NCBI GenBank assembly: GCA_040954595.2
Contig: CM082591.2
Span: forward strand, 4,201,957 to 4,265,956
Direction: 5' to 3'
Length of the DNA stretch: 64,000 nucleotides
Origin: Balanoglossus misakiensis
Taxonomy: Eukaryota; Animalia; Hemichordata
Every line of letters begins with the position of its first letter. Position 1 is the first letter of the stretch. The translations under genes were made by a program, and so were the position numbers. Under the pieces are notes generated by a model. That model had not been told where the DNA came from and ran no database searches. It was given only the letters and a program-made list of their open reading frames with translations. Below, piece by piece: positions 38,501 through 52,055 of this stretch.

Positions 38501-39305
38501 AATCGAGATCTCCCGATGACGTGGTATCGTTCGTTTGTCCGGCCGCTGCTGCCCTGGAGTAAATGAACAACCATGCAACAAACATGCAGCTACGGTTAAT
38601 GGGGGGACACTATACTACATGTACAACGCTTCGTTAGTTATTTTATACTGTGTTGTCTCCTATTGTATTAGGATGACTGGTAACTACGGTGATACTGAAT
38701 TGACAGTACTGTAACTTTGGTATATTGTTAGAGTTGGTTGTAGTTTTGGTGTGGTGCTGTTACTAGGCAACGGACTGACAATCATGCACAGTCACTGAAA
38801 CTGTGAGAGAAGTCATTGTACACATATGTGCCACCATTGCTTGTGGAGAGACATTACAGCATTTTGACATTTCGTTGCCCAGTAATACAAACACAGCCTA
38901 AACTTATTGTGACAATGTTGTTGTGATATGGTGTTGCGTTGTAAAGGGAAGGGTTAAGACAAACTCATACATCCTCCATCACAAATGCGACAGGCCTGTT
39001 CTTCTGGAGTACAGCCTCGCGGAAATACTTTCATTTCACATCAACCTCTGATGCAAAACAAATGTTCATAGTTCAAAAAAAGTGTAAACGAACAAAAAAC
39101 GTCAACATATACAAAATCGCTAGTACATGTATAGTGTTATCACATTAAAATTTTAAGGCAAACAAGTACAATAGACTACTGTAATTATTGCATTATTGGC
39201 ACATTTTCTACAAATTTGTCATGAAAAAGTTTCTCACTTTTCAGCTTCTCTTCTTTTCCTGCGTTCTTCGCGGCGGCGGGCTCTCTCATCTGCGTCGTCT
39301 GCCAT
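26587..39305 (-). CDS. TNNI: Troponin I-like protein with long N-terminal extension (~393 aa), multi-exon
   Basis: Minus-strand exons: 39305-39238, 38553-38452, 37523-37499, 36808-36626, 35169-35059, 34312-34208, 33887-33831, 31533-41 region read as 31533-31441, 30213-29989, 29622-29579, 27908-27785 (alternative donor 27770), 26631-26587 (DKVDLRAQLKKVEK-stop). The core reads KKKGGLSTLRRLDIKKQMMKKAQENLQKEA...LHKFESEKYDL...IEDLKSRVNEARGKFVKPTLKKV, which includes the TnI inhibitory peptide in its invertebrate form RGKFVKPxLKKV. Confidence 0.9.
28070..29380. mobile_element. Composite non-autonomous repeat insertion (DINE-1/Helentron-associated-like) in a TnI intron; boundaries approximate
   Basis: Two copies of a tail with a (CATA/CAGA)n microsatellite plus a stem-loop (28239-28313 and 29280-29377; perfect 10-bp stem GGTCCCATTG-N7-CAATGGGACC at 29348-29374). 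A 105-bp block is repeated at 28135-28239 and 28900-29004. Confidence 0.55.
28399..28845. repeat. Tandem duplication, 223-bp unit x2
   Basis: AGAAGGCGATACAAAAGCTTGGGG starts at 28401 and 28624; only a few substitutions separate the copies. Confidence 0.9.
32968..33040. mobile_element. Truncated, degenerate MITE copy in a TnI intron
   Basis: CACCCCTTCAC...GGGGGTGGACAGGGTAA; weak similarity to the same family. Confidence 0.4.
34023..34179. repeat. Short direct repeat (~49 bp x2, period ~108)
   Basis: GCAGCCACA.TGAATTGTATTGCAAAACAAACTGACATGT occurs twice. Confidence 0.75.
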
Positions 39306-39459
39306 GACTGTTCCTTAAAATCTGCAACAAAGAAAACGGTTCATCAAGAATGTCAGCCATGTTTAATTCAATTTATAGATGGTTTTATAGCTCAAGTAAC
39401 AACAACGAATGATGGTGATAGCCGGTACTTGATTAAAACATGCTCTTGAGTTTTTCTCA

Positions 39460-39605
39460 TAAAAAGTAACAATGCATTGCTAGATATAGGGTACAATGTA
39501 ATACAAAGTAACATTAACAACTGCATTTTTTTGCAATGATGTACATTGTATGTAATACAAAGTAACAACATTGTTTGCATTGATGTACATTGTAGCAGTT
39601 ACACT
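39460..39605. repeat. Degenerate minisatellite with an inverted relative at ~49323-49480
   Basis: Repeated TGTAATACAAAGTAACA and TGATGTACATTGTA units; the reverse complement matches 49323-49480. Confidence 0.65.
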
Positions 39606-42110
39606 TTCTGTCTACTTTGACTTGCTACATTGTATCATATGGGACCTAGAGTGGCACCTGCATGACCCCTCTCAGAATGAGAAAAACAATCACAGATAAA
39701 AAGCGAAATGTCACAATTTTAAGGTCTGGGCGACAGGGTGATAGTCAAGTCTAATGACCTCTGACCCAGAAAAGTGCCCACTTCACCTGCCCCTGCTATC
39801 TTAATGGCCAATCAAATGATAGCTATCTTAAACTGCAGTACTTCACAACAGACTGTAAAGTTCATGAATTCATTTCCAAATAACACAAGAAGTGGCAGCT
39901 TAGTGAGTGTTGTTTCGGACTGCACTCAGACAGTTCAAATACTCCAATATGAAGTGGTCGTTGCAGATCTCTCAGAAATGGTGATAAATGTTCTGTTCCA
40001 GACAGTGTCCCCTGACCATTACACAGTGACTTATTTTTTGTCTATTTTTATGATTTTAAACAATTCTGTCTTCATGTATTTCGGGAACAGTAATGGTAAT
40101 TAAAATTCCTCTATTTTTGTACCATTATAACAAACTACAGTCTTAAAGTTTATAAAGAGAGCTTCTAATAAAAAAAAGTAGATTTTTGTGCATGTTTTTC
40201 AAATGCTATAAACTGACCCACAATTCAATCGTTTGCATGAGCTAAAAAGAGAATTTCAATGCAAAGTCCACATCACTATTTGCATAGAGAGACTGGCAAT
40301 TTTCTTATGTCAAAGGTCATATCCGGTAGGCCACCTACACAAACTGATGTATCATGACCTGAAAAAACAAAAATCGGTATGCAGGAATTTCTGATTGAAA
40401 ATTTCTGAAATTCTTGCGGCAAATTTTCAAGATTATACTTCTGTACAATTGTAAATGACCTGAAGTTGAAATGCATTGCAAATGTGTGACATATTTTGGT
40501 TTAATAAAGACTTGAAGCAAACTATTAGCAGTTGTTCTAAAACTAATGTGATTTAAAAAGTTTTTAGTAACATGTCCGTCGGTAATTAATACAATTTTCA
40601 GCAAGTTCTAGCTAATAAGCGACTGTTTGAACTATCAAAGATGGTTTTGATATTTCAAAACCATCTTTAGCTTGCTTGCACCACCCCCAGATGATATAAT
40701 CTGATCTAATTTACAGATCTCCCTATGACTGGGTCACTCTACTTTAACAGGGGGCACAGGGGGTAAATCTGTACTTAGAGCAAATATTGTAACTATAGAA
40801 TTACTACCCAACTGTATTCTGCACCTAGTCATGAGTCAAGAGGTCATGACCTCTGACCTTCCAAATACCCACCAGTGTACACAAATTCTCTGCAGTGAGT
40901 TAGAATTAAACAATTCAGGTTTTACAGAGAGATTTATTGAGGTCACCCCTCAGTATACTACTTTTGTGATCACCTCATTATAGCTAACTTCGAATAAAAA
41001 TAGAGGCCAGTGTGAAACCTTTAACATAATTCTTACAAAACGAACAAAGAAAACCTCATCAAAACTGTCTACACAAAGACAGACACAACAGTGGAATGTA
41101 GAGATCAACTTCAGAATTACAATGTCTGGTAATACCAATGCAGTTTTTCTCGCATCCCACAAATTTTCATTTTAGACATTATTTTTACCATTTCCTAAAT
41201 ATAATGCCTTTATTTACTAAAGTTATCTCACAGCAAGTGATTTTATAAAATCTACACACATTGCAGACTATCCTGAATCCTTCTGTTGCATATTTGGAAT
41301 TCAAAACAAAGTGCAGGAAGATTTCTTGAGGTCAAAGGAATGGATGTACCCTTGGGGCATACTTGGGTTTGTAATTCAATACGGGAAGCATTTTGATTAA
41401 CCAAAAGACCAGAAGATACAACTAGCTAGAATTAGAAAACCTTTAAAAACGTTTTGGTAGTAGGAACATGTAAAGTACAAATGATTTTACCTCAAATAAG
41501 TGAATGGTGCAACATTTTTAGGAGAAATTATCAATTATCATTATCATACACATAACTTGGGTATAAAAAATTCAGCCAAGCAACACATTTAACAAACAGA
41601 ATAACGAATTTCCTAGTGCACAACTTTCCTATGCACTTTTTAGATGTTGTGTTCACTCACATATCAATCATAGTTCCGCGGCGACAAAAATTTCCACTGA
41701 TTTGCCATTAGAGGCCAAGGTCGATTGCTTCATCATGAAAACCATTTAACATATGATGAGTCAAGTATATTTGAAATTCCTTCCCCCACAAGTCTAAAGA
41801 TAAGTGAAACTTTGCATGATTGTATAAAGTCACACTAGAATTTAAAAAAAAAGAAATTTGTCAGTTTCACAGAGGCCCAGTGACCTTATCTGTGGCCTCA
41901 ACGAACTAATTTCACCAATTGCTTCATTATCTGTACCCATCTTGCACCAATCATCCTTTTTGCGCAAGAAATACCACTCAAACTTTCAGTTTTCAGATAA
42001 GAATTACCCGGAATGATCCATAATTTCGGCAAAAATTGTGCCGGAAAATGGCAGATGCAGGCTGTGGAATGCACAGACTCTACCAAAGATTCCGGATCCA
42101 CATTCCAGCA

Positions 42111-42120
42111 CCAAATATGG
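42111..42120. promoter_or_regulatory. CArG box in the predicted first intron of TnI
   Basis: CCAAATATGG, a classic muscle-actin-type CArG, about 130 nt into the intron. Confidence 0.5.
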
Positions 42121-42248
42121 ATAAGAAGTCGGAAAACAGCACAAGAAACCCAGGATTTGGATAAATAGCCATCTACCTGAACACACAGTATTATCCGAGG
42201 ATTAGAAGTTGTGAGAAAAATGCCAAAACGGCAAGTGGAGGGACTTAC

Positions 42249-42365
42249 GGGTTTTTGAAGCGAAGAAGAAAAAAGTCCTGCAAGAGCCGGGGACCAGGAA
42301 TGTACTGTTGCTGGCTGGAAGTCGAAGCTGTGGCAAAGAAGAGCCTTTGCGAGATCTTCTCAAAT
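42249..42365 (-). other. Probable non-coding first exon of the TnI-like gene (start approximate)
   Basis: Minus-strand donor GTAAGT starts at 42248. Upstream are TGACAGCTG (42381-42389) and CCAAT (42401-42405). Acceptor at 39322/39321 precedes the ATG. Confidence 0.55.
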
Positions 42366-45300
42366 TTCAACTCCCTAGCACAGCTGTCATCTCCACTGTC
42401 ATTGGTTGATTAAGTCACATGACCCACGTCAAATCATAATTTTCCAAAATGTCATAAGTTTACCACACCAGCTGATCAAGTTGTCATTCTCATCATTTAA
42501 CGCATTAGAAATCCTGCAGAAGTTCCATATCATAAGATGTGAATAAACTTATCAAAATTTCTTAAATTTGTTTGAGTCCAACTGTCGTTAACGTGTATAC
42601 ATCCCACGTAACCTTTGAACACTACAGTTCACATTCTTTACATATTTTGACAGCAATCTCTTTAAAGATGGCCGCCACTACCATTACATACTTGACATCT
42701 TATATCAACTCAGGCCCGTTTTACTGCCAAAACAACCTGTCTGGTTTTTATTCCGGCACTTGGCGATAAAGACCCGCACTCGACCAGACAATGAACTGCC
42801 AGTGTCAATTTTTTTCAGATTCGGTAACCCGGTTCTGAGAGCAAGAAAAAATCAAGGGACAGAGTGAGACATTGCTGGCATGCCAGTGTGAGTAGGCAGC
42901 TTCGGTATGCCAGACTCAACGTCACAGCTGTCAGATATGCCTCATGGAACAATTTTACACTTCTGTCAAACAGGCATAAATGTGCCTTGAATATGTATCA
43001 CGTCATGTACTATCAAGCCATATGCAAAGATAAAAAGGTCAAGTCCAACTACAGCAGATAATGTTACCATCTTAGTACAAAAAGCACAGAATCTAATGCA
43101 CCAAGCTTGTAAAGTTCAGTACATGGCCACACATACATACCGGCCATGCATAGACACAACCCTGCAATTATAGCAAAACTATTCCTGAGCACAAGATCTC
43201 TGCCACCGGGCGTATCAGTAATCCAAACATTGTCTTTTAAAAAACAACAGAATCTATTTCCCAAAGAAAGGTACAATACTTTGAACTCTTACAAACTTAG
43301 CTTTCAAGTTAATCCAACTGTCAGAAACAGGTAGACGGGCACGACTTGAATTAGAAAGAATCACAGAAATGTAAAGCCCAAGGCGGTAGACAGTAACATG
43401 TTAATATGTAAATTACTGACCAGACTTCGAATGTCTATTTCTGATAAGCTCGTCTGTGTAATTCATTAAACCGGAATAACCTATGACCACTTAAATGGCA
43501 ATACACTGTTTCAACTTGGCAACAATGAAGAGCATGGTGCAATTGAAAACGTTCTGATGACACTTTAATACGCTATTCATGGGCAATAACGCGCATATAT
43601 GCAAATTAAAGACACGCATATATGCAAATTAAAGAGAGAGACTACGAATAGTATTGCAGTAAATGGTCCCATTGGTGAGGTTAATTAAGGGTATTATCAA
43701 TTTGACGACATTCTGGTGGCGAGTGCACATTCGCTGACAACACCATGAACCGTGAATGTGTATACACTTATTTACGCACCGCTATCTTAATCACTGCCGA
43801 CTATTCAGAAATGACAATTTTCTCAAGCACAGAGAAAACGTAAGATCCCTGTTATAACCACTGATTGTCGTTTTTTCCACATCACTGATTGAATCCTATT
43901 GACGTTTCAAAAGAAAGCTAGTCTGTCCAGTGATTGTCATTCTATTGAACAACCGGGACAAAAGGCGCTTTTCCGGAGAACATGTTATTAACAATGTTAC
44001 GTGCCTCTACGCAGTCATTAGCACGATCACTGACAGGTTCACATCTAATCTTTTCAAGCCCTACATTCTGAGAACTTTGGTTAAGCCCTTAGTATTTCCC
44101 CCCACAGCAGGGGGAAGGACCCTCTACTTGCAAATCGGGAGATCTGATTCCTCATAAGTGTCATAGCTACGTTTCTTTATAACGTTACCTTTAATCGCAA
44201 AACGTAAAGTCAAAAATTGCATGCTTTTTGTAAAGTTTCATCAATCAGAGGTACAGATGAACCCCCAAGGAGACCGAAATTAGCAATGGAAATCAGGCCA
44301 ATTAAGGAAAAACCTTTGGAAAAGAAAATGTCCACTCGCTTTGAATGAAGTACATGTAGTGCATTTGCACTCATAAACTTGAATGACGGCAGGCAATTTT
44401 GAACCCCAGCCAAACTGGGTGTCTTCTCGTCAAAGGAACCAACTCAGGAGTTTTGTGAGCAAAGCACATCGGTATCTGATTTCAGACTGACAAGTCTCCT
44501 GTAGTGCCTGAAGGTGCTGAGATCATCAGTTTGATTGAAAGGGAAAGAATTACGCTTATACAATTACTGCTAAGTTATTCTTTGAGCCACTTAGCTGGGA
44601 AACGTTACATTATACCAGTAGGTCAAACTGTCCTTGATGTACAGTAGCTAAATTTGAAAATACTGACAGATGACTATGCAGTGACAGATAACAAAGCAAC
44701 AAAGTATATTTTTAGTACAAAATAAGAAATCAAACATTTGAATTTCACTTGGTGAAAAGTCAGAAATATGTCACCAGACAGCGCCGGGCACGGCAAACAC
44801 AATTTATTTGGTCCACTCCACTGCAGCAGGGCAACCGCCATTGATGGTGTCAACAACAACACTTCATAAGCCATCAGACACGACAAGGTAACACCGATTT
44901 TTGACCGGCGGTACCTTGGAAGGGGAGAAAGCCCGTTCAAAGGGAACTATAGTCCCCCCAAGAACAAGATGGACCCGCCCCGTGAATTTCTGCTTGGGTG
45001 ACCCAAACTTTTCACAGGAAGTCATTAATGCATGCCCTGGGGGGTATGCACACACTTGATGAAGGTACTGTTTTGAGCCCGGCGACATTGTGCGCACATC
45101 TACAGTAACATAATTTGACCTAGTCACATAAAAACCTATGTATACACGAAAATTACTTATTGACATTCTTCCCAAGTGTGTATGTTTACAGTTTAAGGTC
45201 TAAACATTGGTAAATTCACTGGTACATCACAGTTGCGTACCAGCAACTTTTCAAATTTTCAAGGCCGTCAAGGAAGTCCTAGTTTTCAGTTGTGTACCTG

Positions 45301-48300
45301 TGTACCTGTACACAAGACACTTCACATCCCACACCTATGCAATTTATGACATGACCTGGTTACGAACATACAAACAAATGGTATTTATGGCAATTTTGAA
45401 GTTTAAACATCAATGTGAAAGAGCCACAACAATTACATAAAGCGTTATCGTAAGTTTTCATTACCCTGTTATAAAAGTACTGTGCACACAGGTTGTGTAG
45501 TCGTCGCTTGCCATCACCAAGGTCGTAAATTTTAAAAATTCTCCAGACAGTGCTACTGTAAAAGTTAATCATCCATTTCATTGGGTGTGAAATCACATCT
45601 ACAACACCATACCTTACTTTCCCTGTCATTTCAGTCCCCCCCCCCCCCCCCCCCCCCGACAAGTTGTAGTTGTTTTCATCTCGGTTCTAATTCATTGACA
45701 GGGTGTTTGGGCAATCAACGAAAACAAGTCTATGAATCAGTGACTTGAAAATACAATTGTAAAATCACATCAATGGGAACTAGGACAAAACTATTTGCAA
45801 ACAGACACTAAAAACAGACAACAGTCGAGTGACACACGAATTAACAACAACAAAATTTGCGTCAGCCTTGTTCCCCCGCTATCATTTTCGAATATAGGCC
45901 CGTCAAATGTAATGTATTTCCCCTTAATCTTATCAAGGTTCCACTGAACAAAGACGGTTATTTTACAGGTACACATATTTATAACCACTTGCTCACTTTA
46001 TTGGCGCATCATTACTTAAATTGCGACAACACCGAGTGTGCGGCTATTGATCTGAGCACTTTGCCCCTTAATGTACCATTGTGGTTGACCTATTAGTCTA
46101 AGCTATACAGTCTCATATATCGCAATACCTGTATCTATGAACTTGACGACAGGGGGTGGGTGAATGTACATGTAGATGGTGAAAGTTCTGACCAGATTTG
46201 TTAAGTACCCCGCTGTGTTTTTGTTAAGGGTGGTACACGGGTAAACGTTACCAGGTTTCGCGGGTCAATTTACCGGGGTTCCCATTGGTGGATCAATATA
46301 GTTGTATTAAAGGGGAGTGTAAGTGATACCACGGTTCCAAAATTGTTCACCAATGTTCTCCAACTTTAGCGAAAACAGCGATTCCCACTTGAGGTCCGGA
46401 GTGGCACTCGGAAAACGGGGACATGGGAGGTACAGCCGGGAAGGCCCTGTTTGCGATGAATGCCTTTTCGACACCCCGTAACTCCGACGGTCGCTCTATA
46501 AAACTCTATTGTCACGCTACAAATCCTACATCCATACTCCACTTTACAAGTTCGAGTTGACAAAACAGACATATGCTGTACCCTTCACACTTCACTGAAC
46601 TTGATTCACAGACATGATTTTTGTTACTCAATGAAACATAAGTGCCACCATTGTTGGGGACACATTTGAAAAGTACGAGTACGCACGACTCTTGAAAAAA
46701 AAAACTCTTTTCACCAGTCAGCCATTTTTCTCATAAATTGCCGTTGTCAACTTTCAAAACACCTTGCCTATTGTGCCGTAAAGAACAGAGGTTCGGCCCA
46801 TTGGAACCCTGAACAACGGTATGAGCAAGACGCTTACCTGTATTATACTGTGGTTTGATCATTCATGCGAAAAATTTGACCTCTGACCACCAGCAATCAT
46901 CGCGAGTGTCAACAATATTCTCCATTCAGATGCAACACTTGACTATAAATTTCCCACAAAGTGTAATGTTGGTAACATTTTTCAGGATGAGTATTTTAAT
47001 ACCTGGTAACTTTGATTGTCAATAGCCACAGCTTGTAACTCAGTGCCTGTTCAAGATAGACGAGTTTCTGACTGAGCAATGTCTTGTTTTGTGAGAAGTC
47101 AATCACTGAAGAACTAAAATGATCAAGAAACGATCAATGAATGGGGAATCCGTAACACAGCAACTATTCTGTGATCAAATGAGGCTCGACGACATTGCAG
47201 TCACTTCTGCAAGAAAGGTTTAAGCCACTCTGAAAGCACGGTTTTTGTTAAACAGATTTTTTTTCAGGTAGGGGAAGGGGGCACAGAAGGCTGTGTAAAT
47301 ATTTAGCTTCCATTTATAATGTCTTCACCTTCATGCATTGAACATTCTGACCGATGCATTTTAGTTCAGTTACATGGTCTTTATTGGTGACTGAAAGCCA
47401 AATGGGAGAGTCTTCCAACTTTTGACAAGACTGTTAGTTTTGTTCGAGCAGTCATTGTGTGTTGTTTAGACGTGCTGATACAAGTTGAAGTGTTGGTTGC
47501 TTTCGTTGTGCTGTCACTGTTTTTGTAGGCATAAATTTTTGGTGCACCCAAGAAATTGATTATTAACGTACATGTGTGGAAACATGTAAGGTGTAATTTC
47601 AGCTGTTACAAATAATTTAGCATTTTGGTAGAACCACACAAATAAATTCTCAAGTAAGACAGAAATAGCCAAAATACCATCAAAAGTTAGCAACTTTGTC
47701 CCTTCAATACTGAGATGTGAGCAGTTAAGTAGAGGGCACCACAAATCTATCTGTTTGTCGTTTGATGACCGTCTTGCATTGGTTGCATGGGCAATGTTGA
47801 GGGGGCTGTCTCGCGACTCTAAGAGGGGACTTTCTCCCCCTGAGCATAAAAATCAACACGAATCTAAACTGAAGACAACAGCGTTCTTTGTTTACTGTTA
47901 CTGGATTGAGAGAGCCAGCAAACACGGCAATCCTTTTGGGCATTAGAATATAGCGTGCTAATACCATGAGAGACGACAATTACAGGCTTTCAGTGGGAGT
48001 CGAAGATGGGTAAACATCGTGGAACCTGTCTGTACAGGTTGGTGATGACACCTGCACTCAAAGGCACTGTACACACCTTACAAGCCTCCTTAAAAGCTTC
48101 CTGCATATTCCACACAGAAACTCTGATCACACCCTCAGTCAGAATCAATAAAAAGACTTCAAACTGCTGCCAGATAAAAGCTCTGAAACTGATCTACTGG
48201 GTTAAATTTGACCTGGGCTCTTGACAGGACAAACCCTAAATAACGGTAGCATGCATATTCACTCACATAATGGGGTGGGCCCTTGGCCTAGAATAGGATT

Positions 48301-51300
48301 CTTACCAGTGTTAATTTTTGAATTGGAGACATGAGTTGAGAATTGGCCTAAAAATCTGGTAAGGACGCTGTAAAATTATCTGGATAGATATACTGCAATA
48401 TTTGTGATGAAGGAAAAAGCAGAGACTTTCACATTGGCAGAACTTTTCTTTGTATAGATTCCGTTGAACTCATTGTTATTTCTGTTGGTGTATGGATGAC
48501 AGCATCTTACAAATACGCGACTAAGACGTCATTATCTGACTGGTGACCTCTGACCCTTTGGGAGGGGATTCGGTCACCAGGGATCGTGTGTGGGTTTGGG
48601 ATGACGACTGTGCTTGGATTTCCATTGACCTGCTATAGATGCCATTGTACTGTCTGAAATCGTTTCATCTCCATGCATCTTGCCGTTTCACGCACTAACA
48701 AGCTTCTACGGTCACCATGGTGATACTATTAAGATAAGATTTGTGTGTTTTAATTTAAGAGGTCAGATTCTACCTATGTGAACAATTTCGGCTATAGTCT
48801 CAGTCCAGAACAGTTATCTGTTCGTATCAAAACTTGAAATGACAAAGTTAATTTACATTTCAATTTTCAACAGGCTCCTAGGGGACAAAACTCTTTTATT
48901 GACAGATGGGCTCGTGGTGCCAAACCCACAGCACCACAACTGTGCAAATTTATGTTCAAGCAGTCAATTGTTAACTCTATCTGGCTGCTATAGTTATCCA
49001 ATTGTGACCTTTGGGGTCAACAGGGGTCAATGTCATTAGGACGGAGGTTGTTGGAGATGGACAGGTGATGTATTACCAGAGGTCTAACTGCACTTCAAAC
49101 AGTTAGTTACTCGACTTAGTTATAGGTTAAACCTCTTGTTGACCCATGCATAATAATAGACACCGAAATGTTCCATGTTGGCAGTTTTTCACATCTCTCA
49201 AATGTTCAGGTCGGGTCCCGTCCAAGTTTTGTGATAAGAAGTTAGGTAGGCACATACGTAGTCATTAGGTGATCACATATGGGTCCTATACAACACAGGT
49301 GCCAGCAAGTCTATGCAATCACAGTATAACTGCTACATTGTACATCATTGCAAACACTGTGGTTGTTACTTTGTATTACACTGTAGTGTAACTGCTACAA
49401 TGTCTATAATTGCAAACAATGTAATAGTTACATTGTATATACACTGTACATTATGGCAAACAATGCCTTGTTACATTTTATCCCATTTCCAATTTATTCT
49501 GATATAACATGTATTGATTGACAGGGCCCTTTCTGAACCTGACAAAGAACAACCATCATTAATTAAAACGAAACTCGTATATCTCTTAATTGGGCTTCTG
49601 GAATCTCTAGAGAGCTTTAATTAAATGACACACTATTAATCCCTATTAACACAGATTAACTTCATTTATCTGATAATTAAGTTGTGAACAGATAGTCCCA
49701 ATGGTATGTATCCACACTAATTCTCCTCACAGCAAAAAACGGAATTATTTTTTAGTAACTGTGGCACTCATCAGGTTTTGTGGGGGGCTATCTGGGCAGA
49801 CCTTATCTAAATATTAATTTTGTCATAAACATTAAACTTGTTTGTGTGTGGTAGTCATAGAAACACAAGGTGTGCAAGAAGCGGGATTCTAAACTTTAGG
49901 TATGGCATAATGCACGCACAAAGTTGAACATATACCCTTATCGGCCTATAAGTAAGGAATGACACAGTTTCTAGGGACTCCAGGTATGCATAACTCAGTA
50001 CACAAAATATACGAACTTAAACTTGAATATAATTCATGACTATTTGCACCCCTTATGGCCTCTGAATTAATTTTTAAACTGAAGATTAGAAGTCAAACAA
50101 AGCTGGACCATCGTTCTGCCAGGATTATGTTCTCAAACTTTTCTCAAATTCTAACCCCAACAATGACATTGCTAACATTTGGATTCTCTAAGATTATCCA
50201 CTCTATAAATAAATAGTCGTATGTCGTTCCCCTGCGTCCAAGGGCCTGGCTTCTGCTGGCAATACATTAGTCTATAACCTCTGACCTCCAACTGTACAAG
50301 TTGACTGATGCACCAGGCTCTACCATATTTGTACAGTGCACTAGAACATAATTCAAATAGCATAAAGTTCATGACATTGTCCCTTTAATATATTTTAATG
50401 CTTTGGAGGATGAGTCACATAACTATCAAAATGATTTTCAGGTACACGCTAGATATTGTCAAATGCTTTATTGTATTCTGTGTGGTGGCAATTGTTATAC
50501 AACAACTGGATAGTAGTTAAAGTTATCAAACTACCCAATGACATTTCAAATGAAACAAATGCAGCCTCAGGACAGCAGCTTTCCCTACTGGTGTGTGGTA
50601 GAAGAGATACATGTACTGGCAAAACGCTTCCCGCATCGATGACGGTTAGACAGACTTCCAGAACATGGCAAAATCAACAAGGACCACTCCCTCTTTCCAC
50701 AGGGGTATCAATTTGTCCTTTGTTTGCCTGAATGTGTAGATCAGCTGGCGACAGTGGGGTTTGGGAAACCCTATTCATCAGTTCTGGTCTAACAAAAGGG
50801 ATGTATTTACATGACAAAAGCTGCAGAATCCTTCTTAAGAAAGCGGCCAGGATGTAAACTTTACTTCAGTTTCGTCCTGGAGACTTCGAACGGCAGGGAA
50901 GCATGTCAGATCAGAGACAGGGCCTTCTCTAGTCTTTATTGGGACAACTTGCACCTGTTCTCCACTTGTAAAAAATTGGACACCGACTCCACTCCCTGGC
51001 CGTTCTTGCACCGACGGCCACTCACAATGGCCTATTCAGAGCGGCTGGAATTATTTCACAAGTCAACCATGACATAATCGAAAAGCTTGTACTCCCCAAG
51101 TACCCTGAGAGGCTCACTTGCGAACTCTCTCACACGACAGCAAAACCTGGTTTGGGAAACTGACCACTACATAATGATTGACACCAAATATCAATCTATT
51201 TTCTTGGCACACCACCCATTCCAGTGCCTCTGTATATATGTAGTACTAGAATTCCAAACATGGTTATGCTATTATCCCAAGAATGTTGCTTTAGTGCGTG

Positions 51301-51656
51301 GTCAAATCTACCCTTCACAATTTTGCATAAAACTAATGCAAACTACAATCTTGTTATATGATTACTCAATTAATTACAAACTGAATGGGTATGCCTTAAA
51401 ATCAAGCACATGTACAAAGGTTTTGTAAAAGAAATTTGACCTGTGAACCTATGAAGCCATCACGAGCAAACTGATGGGTTTGCTATTAAGAGCAAACCAT
51501 TCAGTCAACGGGGGTGATAAATGTGATGGTAAAGTTTAATAAGTTCTTGACAGGTAAATGTACAATTCCTTCGTCATGTGTACTGCAAATTGCTTCGGAT
51601 ATTAGCTGCTATTTGCAACGAGCAGCAGACTGACCACAGAAGGTTTTGATTTACGG

Positions 51657-52055
51657 TCCGAAGGCTTTCGGAGATGAACCGCGTTCATCTCGGGCGATGA
51701 CCTCCATTTTCGAGTGGAGTCACTCACCACGAAAACAAGTCACACACACACACATTCCACCGCATAGTTGGCGGAAATGTCACTTCTCAACTTCTCGAAA
51801 TCTCAACCGATTGAACATGCAAACGGTGGACTAAACTAAGCATTTACTAGCTCCAAAGCTGACCAGGACCGTCTTTGAAGGCCTGGTCAACTCACATGTG
51901 TACGCGACTGACGCCTGTCCGGCCGACATGATGACGGGCCGGTCAGCCAACAGGCTATCGTCCCATTCGGGTAGGGGTGCAGGGTGGATCGCACCCAAGT
52001 TTTCGAGGGGTGGTCACTCGCGATCGCATCGCTGTCTGCGCGATCGGACACCCCT
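51657..52055 (-). ncRNA. Candidate structured non-coding RNA (eight consecutive hairpins), family not recognised
   Basis: GC-rich island in AT-rich DNA with stems at 52006-52055, 51975-51996, 51913-51955, 51856-51893, 51752-51780, 51693-51728, 51671-51691 and 51657-51672. Most non-Watson-Crick positions become G-U pairs on the minus strand. No credible ORF. Confidence 0.45.

Noticed and set aside
1957-48556. Recurrent TGACCTCTGACC (DR1-like nuclear receptor element) at ~1958, 39755, 40847, 46877 and 48544
   Set aside because: Scattered with no relation to promoters; probably a common genomic or repeat-derived word.
51657-52055. Assigning the hairpin array to 7SK, RNase P/MRP, SRP, telomerase RNA or a C/D scaRNA
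   Set aside because: Only fragments match (GAUC/GAUC stem; plus-strand ATGATGA and CTGA). There is no GGA 5' end with a terminal hairpin and U-tail, no P4 consensus, no CTAACCC template and no C/D terminal stem.
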